64,000 nucleotides of DNA, taken from positions 32,001-96,000 of the IMG/VR virus record IMGVR_UViG_3300018875_000003; one strand, given 5' to 3'. Position numbers and translations under genes: made by a program. Source of the stretch: a virus. The stretch's first letter is position 1; each line of letters begins with the position of its first letter. Below, in pieces: positions 29,838 to 38,576 of this stretch. The notes below the pieces were generated by a model, which did not search any database, was not told the origin of the DNA, and was given only the letters and a program-made list of their open reading frames with translations.

Positions 29838-30065
29838 ATGGAAGCATTCATCAGGTTCTACGCTAAAGTCAATCCAGGACACTGGGCTTTGGATATTCGT
29901 CATTCGAGTATAGTCGATTGGTCTATCACCGTTGGCTATAAGGCATCGCATCCGAAGTATGGCGAAAGCATTATTCATGTACAGGGTTGGGATGTCGATC
30001 TGGCCTTTGCGAAAGCACAGGTTCAGCTGAAAGAATGGTTGACCGAACATAACGGCGGCTATTGA
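29838..30065 (+). CDS. Hypothetical protein
   Basis: GGGGG RBS before MEAFIRF. Confidence 0.6.
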   Translation: MEAFIRFYAKVNPGHWALDIRHSSIVDWSITVGYKASHPKYGESIIHVQGWDVDLAFAKAQVQLKEWLTEHNGGY

Positions 30066-30090
30066 TTAACTATATAGGAGGATTCATCAT

Positions 30091-30375
30091 ATGAAGAAAA
30101 CGATCGCCATGCGCCAGTCATCCGTATATGGTGCTATATCCAAGATGATTAATGCCATGTCTGGAGATTCTATTCAGTTTCAAACGGCAGTGAAGATGTA
30201 TAAGCGATTTGCTACAGGCTTTGTTCTAAGAGAGAACGAGGTGGCTTTCTTTCTCCGCGAGCTGGTTGATGCTGGTCACTTGCACCTGGAGGTAAACGAT
30301 CAAGGCAAAGAGATGTTGTCGCTCACTCCAGCGGGAGACGAATACCATACCATAAGCTTTGGTGATGACGAATGA
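30091..30375 (+). CDS. Hypothetical protein (possible winged helix)
   Basis: AGGAGG RBS; LVDAGHL..LSLTPAG. Confidence 0.65.
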   Translation: MKKTIAMRQSSVYGAISKMINAMSGDSIQFQTAVKMYKRFATGFVLRENEVAFFLRELVDAGHLHLEVNDQGKEMLSLTPAGDEYHTISFGDDE

Positions 30376-30620
30376 ACGTTTACGATATTGGCATGCACTA
30401 TGATGATATACTGCTGCGTATGAAGGATGTGCGCAGCTATATTCCTGTGCTTATGTCTGGATATAAGGCTCCGTATGATATCGAGGACATTATCCGGGAG
30501 TATGCTGCTAATCCGATGTATGATATGTCTTTGGATGAGTTCCGCAGCCGGTTGAATCTATTATCGTCTATAGTGCGATTAGATTACGATAAGCTTGCGG
30601 CTTCATATGGGATGTCGTAA
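30372..30620 (+). CDS. Hypothetical protein
   Basis: ATGA overlap with upstream gene. Confidence 0.6.
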   Translation: MNVYDIGMHYDDILLRMKDVRSYIPVLMSGYKAPYDIEDIIREYAANPMYDMSLDEFRSRLNLLSSIVRLDYDKLAASYGMS

Positions 30621-30761
30621 TCGTAACGCGTTTCATTTTTTCTTTTGTCTATGTTGATCCAGCTGAATTGCCTCCTACTTTTTTCCGCACTGGTTGGCAG
30701 GCAGGATGGATGGCAGCAAAAGTGATTGATGTTGATTGATTCCAGAAAGGAGGTTCCCGCA

Positions 30762-30932
30762 ATGAGCACAAACTTTAAAGCTATATCGTTTGCTGAGTTT
30801 ATGACGGATGTAATGGGTATAAGCGATAAGCAATACTATGAGATGGATGCCGATCAGCAGCGTAAGATTTTTGACCAGTGGCATTCGCTCACTCAGCTAC
30901 AGTTTGATTTGTGGTCTTCTAAAGTTAATTGA
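30762..30932 (+). CDS. Hypothetical small protein
   Basis: AAGGAGG RBS before MSTNFK. Confidence 0.65.
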   Translation: MSTNFKAISFAEFMTDVMGISDKQYYEMDADQQRKIFDQWHSLTQLQFDLWSSKVN

Positions 30933-30965
30933 TTGGCGTTACATTACGTATAGTGAGGTGGTATC

Positions 30966-31100
30966 ATGATTAAATCACTGGTTTCAATCATTCGAGGTGA
31001 CAATGAGGACATAAGCACTGTCCACCTGTTCGCTTGGCATATTATTGGCGCCATGCTTGCTTCTGCTGTTGCACTTGCTGTCGGTCATACGTTTATATAG
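30966..31100 (+). CDS. 44-aa membrane peptide (not in ORF track)
   Basis: GAGGTGG RBS; C-terminal hydrophobic helix; stop abuts the hammerhead. Confidence 0.55.
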   Translation: MIKSLVSIIRGDNEDISTVHLFAWHIIGAMLASAVALAVGHTFI

Positions 31101-31161
31101 CCGCCTGATGAGTCCCTGGCGTGGGACGAAACCAGAATGTCGTGAGATATGCTGGTCGCGG
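31101..31161 (+). ncRNA. Hammerhead ribozyme (type I topology)
   Basis: ccgc-CUGAUGA-guccc/gggac-GAAA-ccag/cugg-UC^-gcgg; complete core; predicted cleavage after C31157. Confidence 0.9.
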
Positions 31162-31192
31162 ATTGCCGCAGCTTATACAAGGAGGAATGTTT

Positions 31193-31528
31193 ATGCCATT
31201 AAAGCTATATACAGCTCAGTATGCTTATCGTGGTCCGGATCGTGTGGATACCACAGTGAAAAGCAGTGATGGTATCTTTGCGCCGACCTGGGATATTGTC
31301 ATGGGTGTGAAGAAAGGTCGGATCACCGAGCAGCAGTATACGGATGAGTATTATCGTATGATGCGCGATTCATATACCCAGAACTATGACAAATGGATGG
31401 AGCTTCTATCCAGAGATGAGGCGACGATCGTATGCTTCTGTGCGTATGGCCAGTTCTGTCATCGTCATCTACTGAAAGACATGCTTGTTAAATGTGGCGC
31501 CACTTATATGGGCGAACGTGGAAGGTGA
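31193..31528 (+). CDS. DUF488-like protein
   Basis: FAPTWDIV..Y..M..IVCFC..FCHRHLL. Confidence 0.65.
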   Translation: MPLKLYTAQYAYRGPDRVDTTVKSSDGIFAPTWDIVMGVKKGRITEQQYTDEYYRMMRDSYTQNYDKWMELLSRDEATIVCFCAYGQFCHRHLLKDMLVKCGATYMGERGR

Positions 31529-31532
31529 TATC

Positions 31533-31724
31533 ATGGAAATTACACACGAATATGTATCTGGAGAGATCAATAAGCTACTGTCGAAGTATGACTTCCCTAT
31601 TTATGCGCTGCAGGATGTATCCAAGCGGCTGGGTGATTCTGATGACCCAAACTATGCAGCGCAGCAGCTTCGATATTTGCAGAACCTTGTTGGAGCTGGC
31701 TATGCTAAAATGAAGTCTAAATAA
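31533..31724 (+). CDS. Hypothetical protein
   Basis: AAGGTGA RBS; MEITHEY. Confidence 0.6.
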   Translation: MEITHEYVSGEINKLLSKYDFPIYALQDVSKRLGDSDDPNYAAQQLRYLQNLVGAGYAKMKSK

Positions 31725-31741
31725 TCTTATCGGAGGTATAT

Positions 31742-32047
31742 ATGACTAAACAATCTAAAGCATTGAATGCACTCTGCGTTTTGTATCCTCATGCGCGCCC
31801 TGCTGCAGGTGAAGGATACAATATGATCCGTGCTGAGCGTTATGACAACCCTGTTGACTTTCAGAATCTTGTTACCTGTCTTCTTGCTGCGTTCCCCTCT
31901 TCCCTATTCGATCATGCAGATTATGTGGAGGTTAGATTCTCCGCCGACACGATCACAGTGTACACTGGCCACTTCCTGGTTGAGTCTGACGTATATAACG
32001 TTCGATTCCTCTATGAAGCTTCGTACCAGACAGACACTGACTCATGA
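31742..32047 (+). CDS. Hypothetical protein
   Basis: GGAGG RBS; 101 aa. Confidence 0.65.
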   Translation: MTKQSKALNALCVLYPHARPAAGEGYNMIRAERYDNPVDFQNLVTCLLAAFPSSLFDHADYVEVRFSADTITVYTGHFLVESDVYNVRFLYEASYQTDTDS

Positions 32048-32057
32048 GGTGTGCTTT

Positions 32058-32327
32058 ATGGAGCTGATGACTTACTATATCGATAATGCTTATGTGACGC
32101 TGCCTGATATGATCCCTGGTGTCCGATATCAGTTCTTGTATCACCACGACGATCCAGATGCTCGCTATATTGCCGAATATATCGGTCGTGATGATGATAA
32201 ATGGTATCATCGAATGTTGTTCCGTATTATATGGCGAGATGCTGATATACATCGTGAGCAGATGTCTCTGTTCACGAATAAAATCACTCATATCAAGCTA
32301 CATGGTGGTGATGCCGCATGGAACTGA
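32058..32327 (+). CDS. Hypothetical protein
   Basis: GAGGTG RBS; MELMTYY N-terminus. Confidence 0.65.
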   Translation: MELMTYYIDNAYVTLPDMIPGVRYQFLYHHDDPDARYIAEYIGRDDDKWYHRMLFRIIWRDADIHREQMSLFTNKITHIKLHGGDAAWN

Positions 32328-32566
32328 TCAGTCGCTATTGTTTAACCAGAGGTATCGGCGGCGTAACTATCAAAGATCGAAGCTTTGGTTACGGAGATTA
32401 TTTGCGCATCAGGCATGCGGATCTGACAGGCAGCTATGAAACGACAGGTACTCTTGCTCCCTCTATCGATGATCAATATATCATTCTTATAGATGATGAT
32501 GACGATGATATTCATATATGGCGTGGTGATATTAATTATGTTGAGGATCTGTGCAGCCTTTGCTGA
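32318..32566 (+). CDS. Hypothetical protein
   Basis: GGTGA RBS; MELISRY N-terminus. Confidence 0.65.
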   Translation: MELISRYCLTRGIGGVTIKDRSFGYGDYLRIRHADLTGSYETTGTLAPSIDDQYIILIDDDDDDIHIWRGDINYVEDLCSLC

Positions 32567-32651
32567 ACAGGTTCTCTTTTTCTTTTGTCTACCCTTCGGG
32601 CAGACGCGATCGGCGGATGATGCTTCATGTATTCGAATGCAGCATACGAAT

Positions 32652-32680
32652 GGTCGCTAACGCTCCATCGGCTTGACGAT
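32652..32680 (+). promoter_or_regulatory. Hairpin-GGCT element copy 2
   Basis: ggtcgcTAACgctcc-atc-GGCT-tgaCGAt, about 15 nt before a GGAGG RBS. Confidence 0.55.
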
Positions 32681-32708
32681 GACTATTATCCTATTGGAGG
32701 TTTTATAT

Positions 32709-33101
32709 ATGACAACTCAACAAACGCAGGTAACTGAAGAACTCGTTGCAATGATGCTGGATGTCGCTCTGACTCATTATCCGAATGCTCGTAAGGTATC
32801 CAGAAGCTATCTGCTGGATCAGCTGGAAGAGCGTGACGATTCCGGTCCGGATGAAACGAAAGAACAAGCGGTGCAGCGCATCTTCGATTTCCTCGATAGC
32901 GAGTATCGTTATGACTTCAATGCTGCTGGCGATCTGATCTCTCCTCCACTCGTTAAACGCTCTCCAGCCGGCTATTATATTGGACGCGACTATTATGATT
33001 TCGAATTAGGAAGCGAGATGCACTATGAACGTGAATCTGGCTACATGACAGAAGAAGCAGCCAATCGTGCATTTGCATCAGGTGTATGGTGGAGGAGTTA
33101 A
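32709..33101 (+). CDS. Hypothetical protein
   Basis: GGAGG RBS; C-term SPAGYYIG..RESGY..EEAA motif. Confidence 0.7.
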   Translation: MTTQQTQVTEELVAMMLDVALTHYPNARKVSRSYLLDQLEERDDSGPDETKEQAVQRIFDFLDSEYRYDFNAAGDLISPPLVKRSPAGYYIGRDYYDFELGSEMHYERESGYMTEEAANRAFASGVWWRS

Positions 33102-33164
33102 TCCTCCTCCTTCACTTCCTTTAACACTTATCTCACTACATAAACTATTTAGGAGCTGATATTA

Positions 33165-33698
33165 ATGATTAAGTCTATTAAGAAGTATGTTTCTCAGGTG
33201 AAGATGGTTGCTCAGGGTATGATCGATATGCAGAATCCTTTCCGCACCAGCAAGATTGTGGAGATGAACCATTTTGGTGTACAATGCAAAATGCTACATG
33301 ACCCTGCCCTACTTCATAGCAAAGGATATATGGTTGCCGGCGCTATGCGTGTGATTATGGGCGACGTCGTTGAAGATATGATTGTCGTTGATGATCACTT
33401 CTTTGAAATGGATGCTGCCCACCAGCTGGCTATATATTTTCATGAGTTTGGCCACATTCACCTGGAGCATTTGGAACGTCTCGCTTCAGGAGGAAAATAC
33501 GCCAACATGAAGAATCTGTTTAAGCGTTCGGCTGCTGCTATTCATGGTGTGCAAGACATCGAACTTGAAGCGGACCAGTATGCCGCAAGCAAGGTTGGCC
33601 CTGTCATCCTCTCTTCTGCCCTCGAAGCTGTTTCTGCCGTTGTCGGCCCTAAAAATAAGGAGCTGCAAAGACGTATTCGCATTCTCCGCAACCAGTGA
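33165..33698 (+). CDS. Zinc metallopeptidase-like protein
   Basis: HEFGH plus E.EAD.YA and RI..L (M48/ImmA-like). Confidence 0.7.
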   Translation: MIKSIKKYVSQVKMVAQGMIDMQNPFRTSKIVEMNHFGVQCKMLHDPALLHSKGYMVAGAMRVIMGDVVEDMIVVDDHFFEMDAAHQLAIYFHEFGHIHLEHLERLASGGKYANMKNLFKRSAAAIHGVQDIELEADQYAASKVGPVILSSALEAVSAVVGPKNKELQRRIRILRNQ

Positions 33699-33707
33699 GG
33701 TGTCCGT

Positions 33708-33950
33708 ATGGATAAGATCATTCAATCCCTGCACAATGATGCTCCCCTCCATTGCCATAAAACGATTGACTACAGCCAGGATGAGCATGCTGATCAGGTT
33801 GATGATGCTGTCTATTGTGCCGGCGCCTTGGGATATATGGTAAAAGCGAAAGATATCAATCTCCCTATTCGTCTTGGCATAATGTTTGATTTATTCCGTC
33901 CGGACGAGCTTCAGGATCTGGATGATCTCATCGATCCGAAAGAGGAGTGA
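33708..33950 (+). CDS. Hypothetical protein
   Basis: GAGGTG RBS; CHKT..CAG. Confidence 0.6.
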   Translation: MDKIIQSLHNDAPLHCHKTIDYSQDEHADQVDDAVYCAGALGYMVKAKDINLPIRLGIMFDLFRPDELQDLDDLIDPKEE

Positions 33951-33956
33951 TTTTAA

Positions 33957-34376
33957 TTGGAGATTCGCAATGGTTCCCCTGTTATTGGCCACCGTGTTGA
34001 GGTATACGTCAATCTGAATAAGAATGGGTTGTTCAGTATCCTTGACCGGCAGCCAAAGAGCCCCACGTATAACAAAGTTTTAGCGTATGCCGAGCGCGTT
34101 ACATTACGAGAAGCCCGCTCCCGTATCAGTCAAAGCAAGTATGATTCTATTCAGAACAAGAAGCAGCGTGCTGTGTGTGCCATGTTTACTGGAACCCTGG
34201 TTGCTATCGATGAAGCAAAGCCTGCCGGACTTGATGTTGAGGTCCACTATAATCCTTACCGCGCCCGTGAATTTCACACGAATGACGGTCATGTCATTGA
34301 AGAAGCAGATTTGATTCATTTCGAGGATAAGCTGGGCTGGGTTTCCGATCCGGAAGCACCCATGCTGCTATTTTAA
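33957..34376 (+). CDS. Phage hypothetical protein
   Basis: VYVNL..FSI..V.L..YNPY pattern; GGAG RBS. Confidence 0.65.
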   Translation: MEIRNGSPVIGHRVEVYVNLNKNGLFSILDRQPKSPTYNKVLAYAERVTLREARSRISQSKYDSIQNKKQRAVCAMFTGTLVAIDEAKPAGLDVEVHYNPYRAREFHTNDGHVIEEADLIHFEDKLGWVSDPEAPMLLF

Positions 34377-34394
34377 TTTCGGAGGTTATTTATT

Positions 34395-34628
34395 ATGCAA
34401 ACAGCACTACACGAACAGGTTCGCCATGAAGAGATGGTTCCTGGTCATATGTATGAAATCGAAGATGATCGCGGCGGCATCATCCAGGGTAATTATGATC
34501 AGCGTTCAGATTCTATGATTACGCTCAAAAATACGATGTATATTATGCCAAGCGGCTATCACATGCCTTATCCTTCTTGGTGTGTATCTATCCATCGCAT
34601 TGTCAGTTGTAAGAAATTTCATTTTTAG
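34395..34628 (+). CDS. Hypothetical protein
   Basis: GGAGG RBS. Confidence 0.65.
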   Translation: MQTALHEQVRHEEMVPGHMYEIEDDRGGIIQGNYDQRSDSMITLKNTMYIMPSGYHMPYPSWCVSIHRIVSCKKFHF

Positions 34629-34639
34629 GAGGATGCCAT

Positions 34640-34957
34640 ATGACTCAGCGTAAAGGCTTCAATGATTTCTTCACGTTCACCCGAGATGATAAGTTTATTC
34701 AGAATAAGACCTATCTCATTCATCTGATGCAGCTGGTCGAGTCCATGGATGAAAACTGCGATATGTCCGTTACTTCCACCGGTAGGATCCTGATGCTCTT
34801 TTTCGAAGAAGATGGCATGTCTGCACACATCGATGTTAATTTGGACCACATCCTCACCTATATTGATCGGTTACTCAAGCTGCAAGCTCACACTGATTTC
34901 TTCACTACACAAGTTGACCGCGATAAGATATACGAATGCTTCACCATTAACGAATGA
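34640..34957 (+). CDS. Hypothetical protein
   Basis: AGGAGG RBS. Confidence 0.65.
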   Translation: MTQRKGFNDFFTFTRDDKFIQNKTYLIHLMQLVESMDENCDMSVTSTGRILMLFFEEDGMSAHIDVNLDHILTYIDRLLKLQAHTDFFTTQVDRDKIYECFTINE

Positions 34958-34985
34958 AGGCTACCAATCGGTGGCCTTCTTTTTT
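34956..34985 (+). terminator. Intrinsic terminator
   Basis: gaaggctacc-aatc-ggtggccttc + T6. Confidence 0.7.
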
Positions 34986-35012
34986 ATTACACACACTATT
35001 GGAGGGTTTCCC

Positions 35013-35264
35013 ATGAAAATTAGATACGCCGTATTATTCTTTGTTGTCCTGTTCGCGATTGTTGCATTCAAGAACTATGAGCCAGAGCCGCGCTTTGTTG
35101 AATATGTAGTTGGATCCGGCGACACCCTGTGGTCTATCGCAAATCAAAGCGACATCGATACCGACAAACGTGCAATCATCGCATATATGATGGACAAGTC
35201 TCATATCAAGCAAGCTGCTGATCTGCAGCCGGGCATGGTTATTCAGGTGCCGATGCTCAAATGA
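35013..35264 (+). CDS. Membrane-anchored LysM protein (YneA-like)
   Basis: N-terminal TM then YVV.SGDTLWSIA..LQPGMVIQVP. Confidence 0.8.
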   Translation: MKIRYAVLFFVVLFAIVAFKNYEPEPRFVEYVVGSGDTLWSIANQSDIDTDKRAIIAYMMDKSHIKQAADLQPGMVIQVPMLK

Positions 35265-35398
35265 ATACAGCTCATGTGATTTTCATCCTTTGCCTGGTTG
35301 CAGCCACATTTCTTGAGCATTACATAGATAGCAGCACTGATTAATATCTCGCTTTGTATGGCGTTACGTTTATGTTAAAATCGGGGAGCCACGCTCCC

Positions 35399-35456
35399 TA
35401 TTCTGTCTGCGGTTATCCAACCGTACTGATGAGCTGTCGTGCAGCGAAACAGAATA
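35399..35456 (+). ncRNA. Hammerhead ribozyme (type III topology)
   Basis: uauucug-UC^-ugcgguu/aaccgua-CUGAUGA-gcug/cagc-GAAA-cagaaua; predicted cleavage after C35407. Confidence 0.92.
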
Positions 35457-35474
35457 AAACTGGAGGTGTTTCTT

Positions 35475-35963
35475 ATGACACAACTCGAACAAACTAATCG
35501 TGTATTTGATGCTGCTGATTTCCGTGAAGGCATGCAGGAAGAATATGAATTTCAATATACTAATTCCAAGATGTCCGTTTCTACTGCGTTTCAATTGTTG
35601 AATGAACAAGGATGGGAAGTCCATGACGGAGACGTGATCGATGGACTCAAGCGTGCTTTGGCGGATGCCCTTCACTCTGTCATCATGGAGCATATGCTGG
35701 ATGCCTACCAAGTTGTCGATTTCGACCTTTTGTATAGTGACAGCTTTCTTGGCAATCCAGGCGGATACACCGATGAGTATGGTGTCTTCTGGGTCGAAGC
35801 CGAATCGATGTGCCATTACAAAATCGATCATAAGGCTCGCAAATTCACATCCGGTCGCATCAAGCTCAGTGCATCTATCTATAACGATGACGCGAAGCTG
35901 AATGAAATGCTCGGTGCAATCCGGAAGCATGTTGATGATCAAGTCAAAGCACTGAATCTTTAA
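35475..35963 (+). CDS. Hypothetical protein
   Basis: GGAGGTG RBS immediately after the hammerhead. Confidence 0.7.
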   Translation: MTQLEQTNRVFDAADFREGMQEEYEFQYTNSKMSVSTAFQLLNEQGWEVHDGDVIDGLKRALADALHSVIMEHMLDAYQVVDFDLLYSDSFLGNPGGYTDEYGVFWVEAESMCHYKIDHKARKFTSGRIKLSASIYNDDAKLNEMLGAIRKHVDDQVKALNL

Positions 35964-36012
35964 TCCTCGGCGCTCATTACGGGCGCCCATTCCCCTATGG
36001 AGGTTGATTATC

Positions 36013-36300
36013 ATGAAGAAAATCGCATCGTTTATTTATACTCCATTCGAGACTGTGCCTGTGTTCGAAGCGACAGGCACTCTTCTCGATACACATATGT
36101 CTGATGGCGTGCTGCTGGCACTGTTCGATATCCCAGGTGTTTCGAATTGTTATCCGGTGTTCTTTGAGCAGCCGGAAATGATCCACTACATATCCACGTC
36201 CTGCCCTGCGGGTACAACCCTTCTTCTTTCCGGCAGGAACTACACCGACAATGAGTGCCCTCACTTGATTGCGAGCAGATGCTTTACTCTATCGATGTAG
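36013..36300 (+). CDS. Hypothetical protein
   Basis: GGAGG RBS. Confidence 0.6.
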   Translation: MKKIASFIYTPFETVPVFEATGTLLDTHMSDGVLLALFDIPGVSNCYPVFFEQPEMIHYISTSCPAGTTLLLSGRNYTDNECPHLIASRCFTLSM

Positions 36301-36301
36301 C

Positions 36302-36330
36302 GCAGCCTACGGCTGCAGTGGCTTTATGAT
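36302..36330 (+). promoter_or_regulatory. Hairpin-GGCT element copy 3
   Basis: gcagccTACggctgc-agt-GGCT-ttaTGAt, just before a GGGAGG RBS. Confidence 0.55.
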
Positions 36331-36349
36331 ATTATATGGGAGGCGCATT

Positions 36350-36448
36350 ATGCTTAAAGAACGTTTGGCATTTGTCGGATTGGCCCTTGGTTCAATCGCC
36401 TTGTTTATCGCCGTTGTCTTCGGCGTTATGCTTATATTGGCATCGTAG
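36350..36448 (+). CDS. 32-aa hydrophobic peptide (not in ORF track)
   Basis: GGGAGG RBS; MLKERLAFVGLALGSIALFIAVVFGVMLILAS. Confidence 0.6.
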   Translation: MLKERLAFVGLALGSIALFIAVVFGVMLILAS

Positions 36449-36456
36449 GAGGTTCT

Positions 36457-36648
36457 ATGGATTTTTTGTTTTCAACCTTGGCATTCATCTTGTTTGAATC
36501 CATCGGCGTGTGGGGGCTTATCATTTGCCTGCACGATCTGCGCAATCCTTCGATTGGATTCTGGTATAGATTCAAATATACAGGTGTCGTTATTCTTCTG
36601 ATGCTTGTTATCTTCGCTTTTTACTTGTTAGATATTCATACATCATAG
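36457..36648 (+). CDS. Small two-TM protein
   Basis: AGGAGG RBS; two hydrophobic helices. Confidence 0.6.
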   Translation: MDFLFSTLAFILFESIGVWGLIICLHDLRNPSIGFWYRFKYTGVVILLMLVIFAFYLLDIHTS

Positions 36649-36654
36649 GAAGTA

Positions 36655-36717
36655 TTTCATATTTCATACGTTATACGATATATTTCCTACGATGTATGAT
36701 GTATTTCGTATTTCATA
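36655..36717. repeat. Heptad repeat array, 9 in-phase units
   Basis: tttcata tttcata cgttata cgatata tttccta cgatgta tgatgta tttcgta tttcata. Confidence 0.75.
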
Positions 36718-36736
36718 GGATTGGAGGACATATCAT

Positions 36737-36973
36737 ATGAATTTAATCGTAGCTTACCAGAAGTCCATCACTCCCCTCAAACCTGATGTATGGGAAGTCG
36801 GCAAGCGATATGAGATCACTGACAACCATGGCAATCTAGTCTATGGTGATTTTTACGCTGCTCATGGTCGCCAGCTGTGCTTCACTAATTGCTTTTGCGG
36901 AGATGACTACGAACCTGGAGAGTACTTTTATTTCCCGGATGAAATCAAGGAGGCTGTTGTCGTTGACGATTAA
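36737..36973 (+). CDS. Hypothetical protein
   Basis: GGAGG RBS; MNLIVAY. Confidence 0.65.
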   Translation: MNLIVAYQKSITPLKPDVWEVGKRYEITDNHGNLVYGDFYAAHGRQLCFTNCFCGDDYEPGEYFYFPDEIKEAVVVDD

Positions 36974-36974
36974 G

Positions 36975-37412
36975 ATGAATTATAACTTTCAGTTTTACAA
37001 GGAGATTAAGCTCCAGCTGATCCGCCGTGACTATACCGGCTACGATGCCAAGCGTTTTACGCTGAACGGCACCAATCAGAATGTATGGATTCCAAATAAG
37101 CATCTGCTGGAAGACGGCACGATCAAGCAGGATGAGAACATTGATTATGTTTTCAGACGTGCCATCCGTCAGCTGGAGCTTGCTGGATACACCGGCCCGA
37201 TTATCGGCATCAAGCGCACTACCAAGGTCGATCCGATCATCTATGTCCGGCAGCTTACTTGGGATGAGCAGCAGGCGCTCCTCTCCCCTCTCGAAGCCAA
37301 GCTTAAAGAAGAAGGCTTATCGAAACGCAAAATCTATAGGGCGCTTGCTGATGCCAGAGACAGCAAGATTAGTGATATCCAAGACCAATTCCCAAAGGAG
37401 AATGAATTATGA
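36975..37412 (+). CDS. Hypothetical protein
   Basis: ATG right after upstream stop; AKRF..NQNVWIPNKH. Confidence 0.6.
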   Translation: MNYNFQFYKEIKLQLIRRDYTGYDAKRFTLNGTNQNVWIPNKHLLEDGTIKQDENIDYVFRRAIRQLELAGYTGPIIGIKRTTKVDPIIYVRQLTWDEQQALLSPLEAKLKEEGLSKRKIYRALADARDSKISDIQDQFPKENEL

Positions 37413-37852
37413 CTGGACACAATGACTATTTCCGGTTGCGAAAAGTATTCTTAAAGAACTGCACCACCGATCTGCTGGGCGCCAGCAAGGAAACGATCGA
37501 TGACATGATTGCTTATCTTCAGGCAACGCGTGAAATGACGCCGGATGATACTTCCCTTGAAGAGATCATCAAACGATTCTATTGGCGGCACCAGGAGGAA
37601 TACGGCAGCGGCCATATCAATTCGCGGTCGATCACTCTCATTCCCGGGCATCATCTCTATGATGATTTCGTTCTGGCTGCCGGCGATCTGCTGCCAGACG
37701 GGTTTAACTCTCCGGCGCAGCGCGAAGAACGTATCATTCAATTCATCGTTAAATATACACCTGCCTATAGCGAGTTCAATCTGATCGGAACCGAGAACGA
37801 CATCATCATGAAGCAAAGAGTCGATCACGTTCTCTGCCGGTTCAAAGTTTAA
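37409..37852 (+). CDS. Hypothetical protein
   Basis: AAGGAG RBS; ATGA overlap. Confidence 0.65.
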   Translation: MTGHNDYFRLRKVFLKNCTTDLLGASKETIDDMIAYLQATREMTPDDTSLEEIIKRFYWRHQEEYGSGHINSRSITLIPGHHLYDDFVLAAGDLLPDGFNSPAQREERIIQFIVKYTPAYSEFNLIGTENDIIMKQRVDHVLCRFKV

Positions 37853-37868
37853 TCCAATACGAAATCTC

Positions 37869-37900
37869 AGGTCTGCTCTTTCGAGGGCAGGCCTTTTTTT
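37869..37900 (+). terminator. Intrinsic terminator
   Basis: aggtctgctc-tttc-gagggcaggcct + T tract. Confidence 0.75.
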
Positions 37901-37916
37901 GTATGCAAAGGAGGAA

Positions 37917-38069
37917 ATGAGTATGTCCCAACCTACTGTTCTTGATGATCCGGAGTTCCAAACCATGCAATGGGGGTTCGATCCCACCGGTTACGAGCAG
38001 GATGTCGATTCTTACAAATTATGCGGCTGCGAACATGACGAATTTTGTCTTGAATGTGTGCCATTTTAG
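37917..38069 (+). CDS. 50-aa Cys-containing peptide (not in ORF track)
   Basis: AAGGAGG RBS; C-term CGCEHDEFCLECVPF. Confidence 0.55.
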   Translation: MSMSQPTVLDDPEFQTMQWGFDPTGYEQDVDSYKLCGCEHDEFCLECVPF

Positions 38070-38080
38070 GAGGATATGTC

Positions 38081-38320
38081 ATGGAGAAATTTATCATCAT
38101 CGATCGCAATGATCGACAGATTTTGCACGGTCCGCAGCACTTGCTGGTGGACACTTTAAAGGAGCTGGGTACGCATCCAGACTTCTTTTACGACTACTTC
38201 AGCGGCTTGGATGATCAAGACTACCAGGAGCTGTACGACAGCACGGTGTCGGAGTTGTCCGATGAATTTAAAATTGTGGAGGTTAACGATGAACATTTAT
38301 ACGTCTGTGAGCGGTATTGA
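38081..38320 (+). CDS. Hypothetical acidic protein
   Basis: AGGAGG RBS. Confidence 0.65.
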   Translation: MEKFIIIDRNDRQILHGPQHLLVDTLKELGTHPDFFYDYFSGLDDQDYQELYDSTVSELSDEFKIVEVNDEHLYVCERY

Positions 38321-38576
38321 TCTACAGGATCGAATCTACTTTCTCCAGAAGACATTTCTACCGATTCAACTCAATGTGGATTTGATTCGGGCGGACACCC
38401 TGCATCTGCAGGATAAGGATGACGAGGCTGCCGAGCTGGTCGGCAAGATCGAGGAAGAATGCGCAAAGCTGGGCATTAAGATCTATCAGCCGATGCCGAT
38501 CAGCATGAAGTCCGGCGAAGCTTATCGGCAGAACGCTGTCCAGTGTTACGAGGCGCAAACGAAAATTGACGCATAA
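38289..38576 (+). CDS. Hypothetical protein
   Basis: GGAGG RBS before MNIYTS. Confidence 0.6.
   Translation: MNIYTSVSGIDLQDRIYFLQKTFLPIQLNVDLIRADTLHLQDKDDEAAELVGKIEEECAKLGIKIYQPMPISMKSGEAYRQNAVQCYEAQTKIDA

Noticed and set aside
37970-37990. GGGGTTCGATCCC resembling a tRNA T-arm
   Set aside because: No acceptor or anticodon arms; lies inside a small ORF with a good RBS
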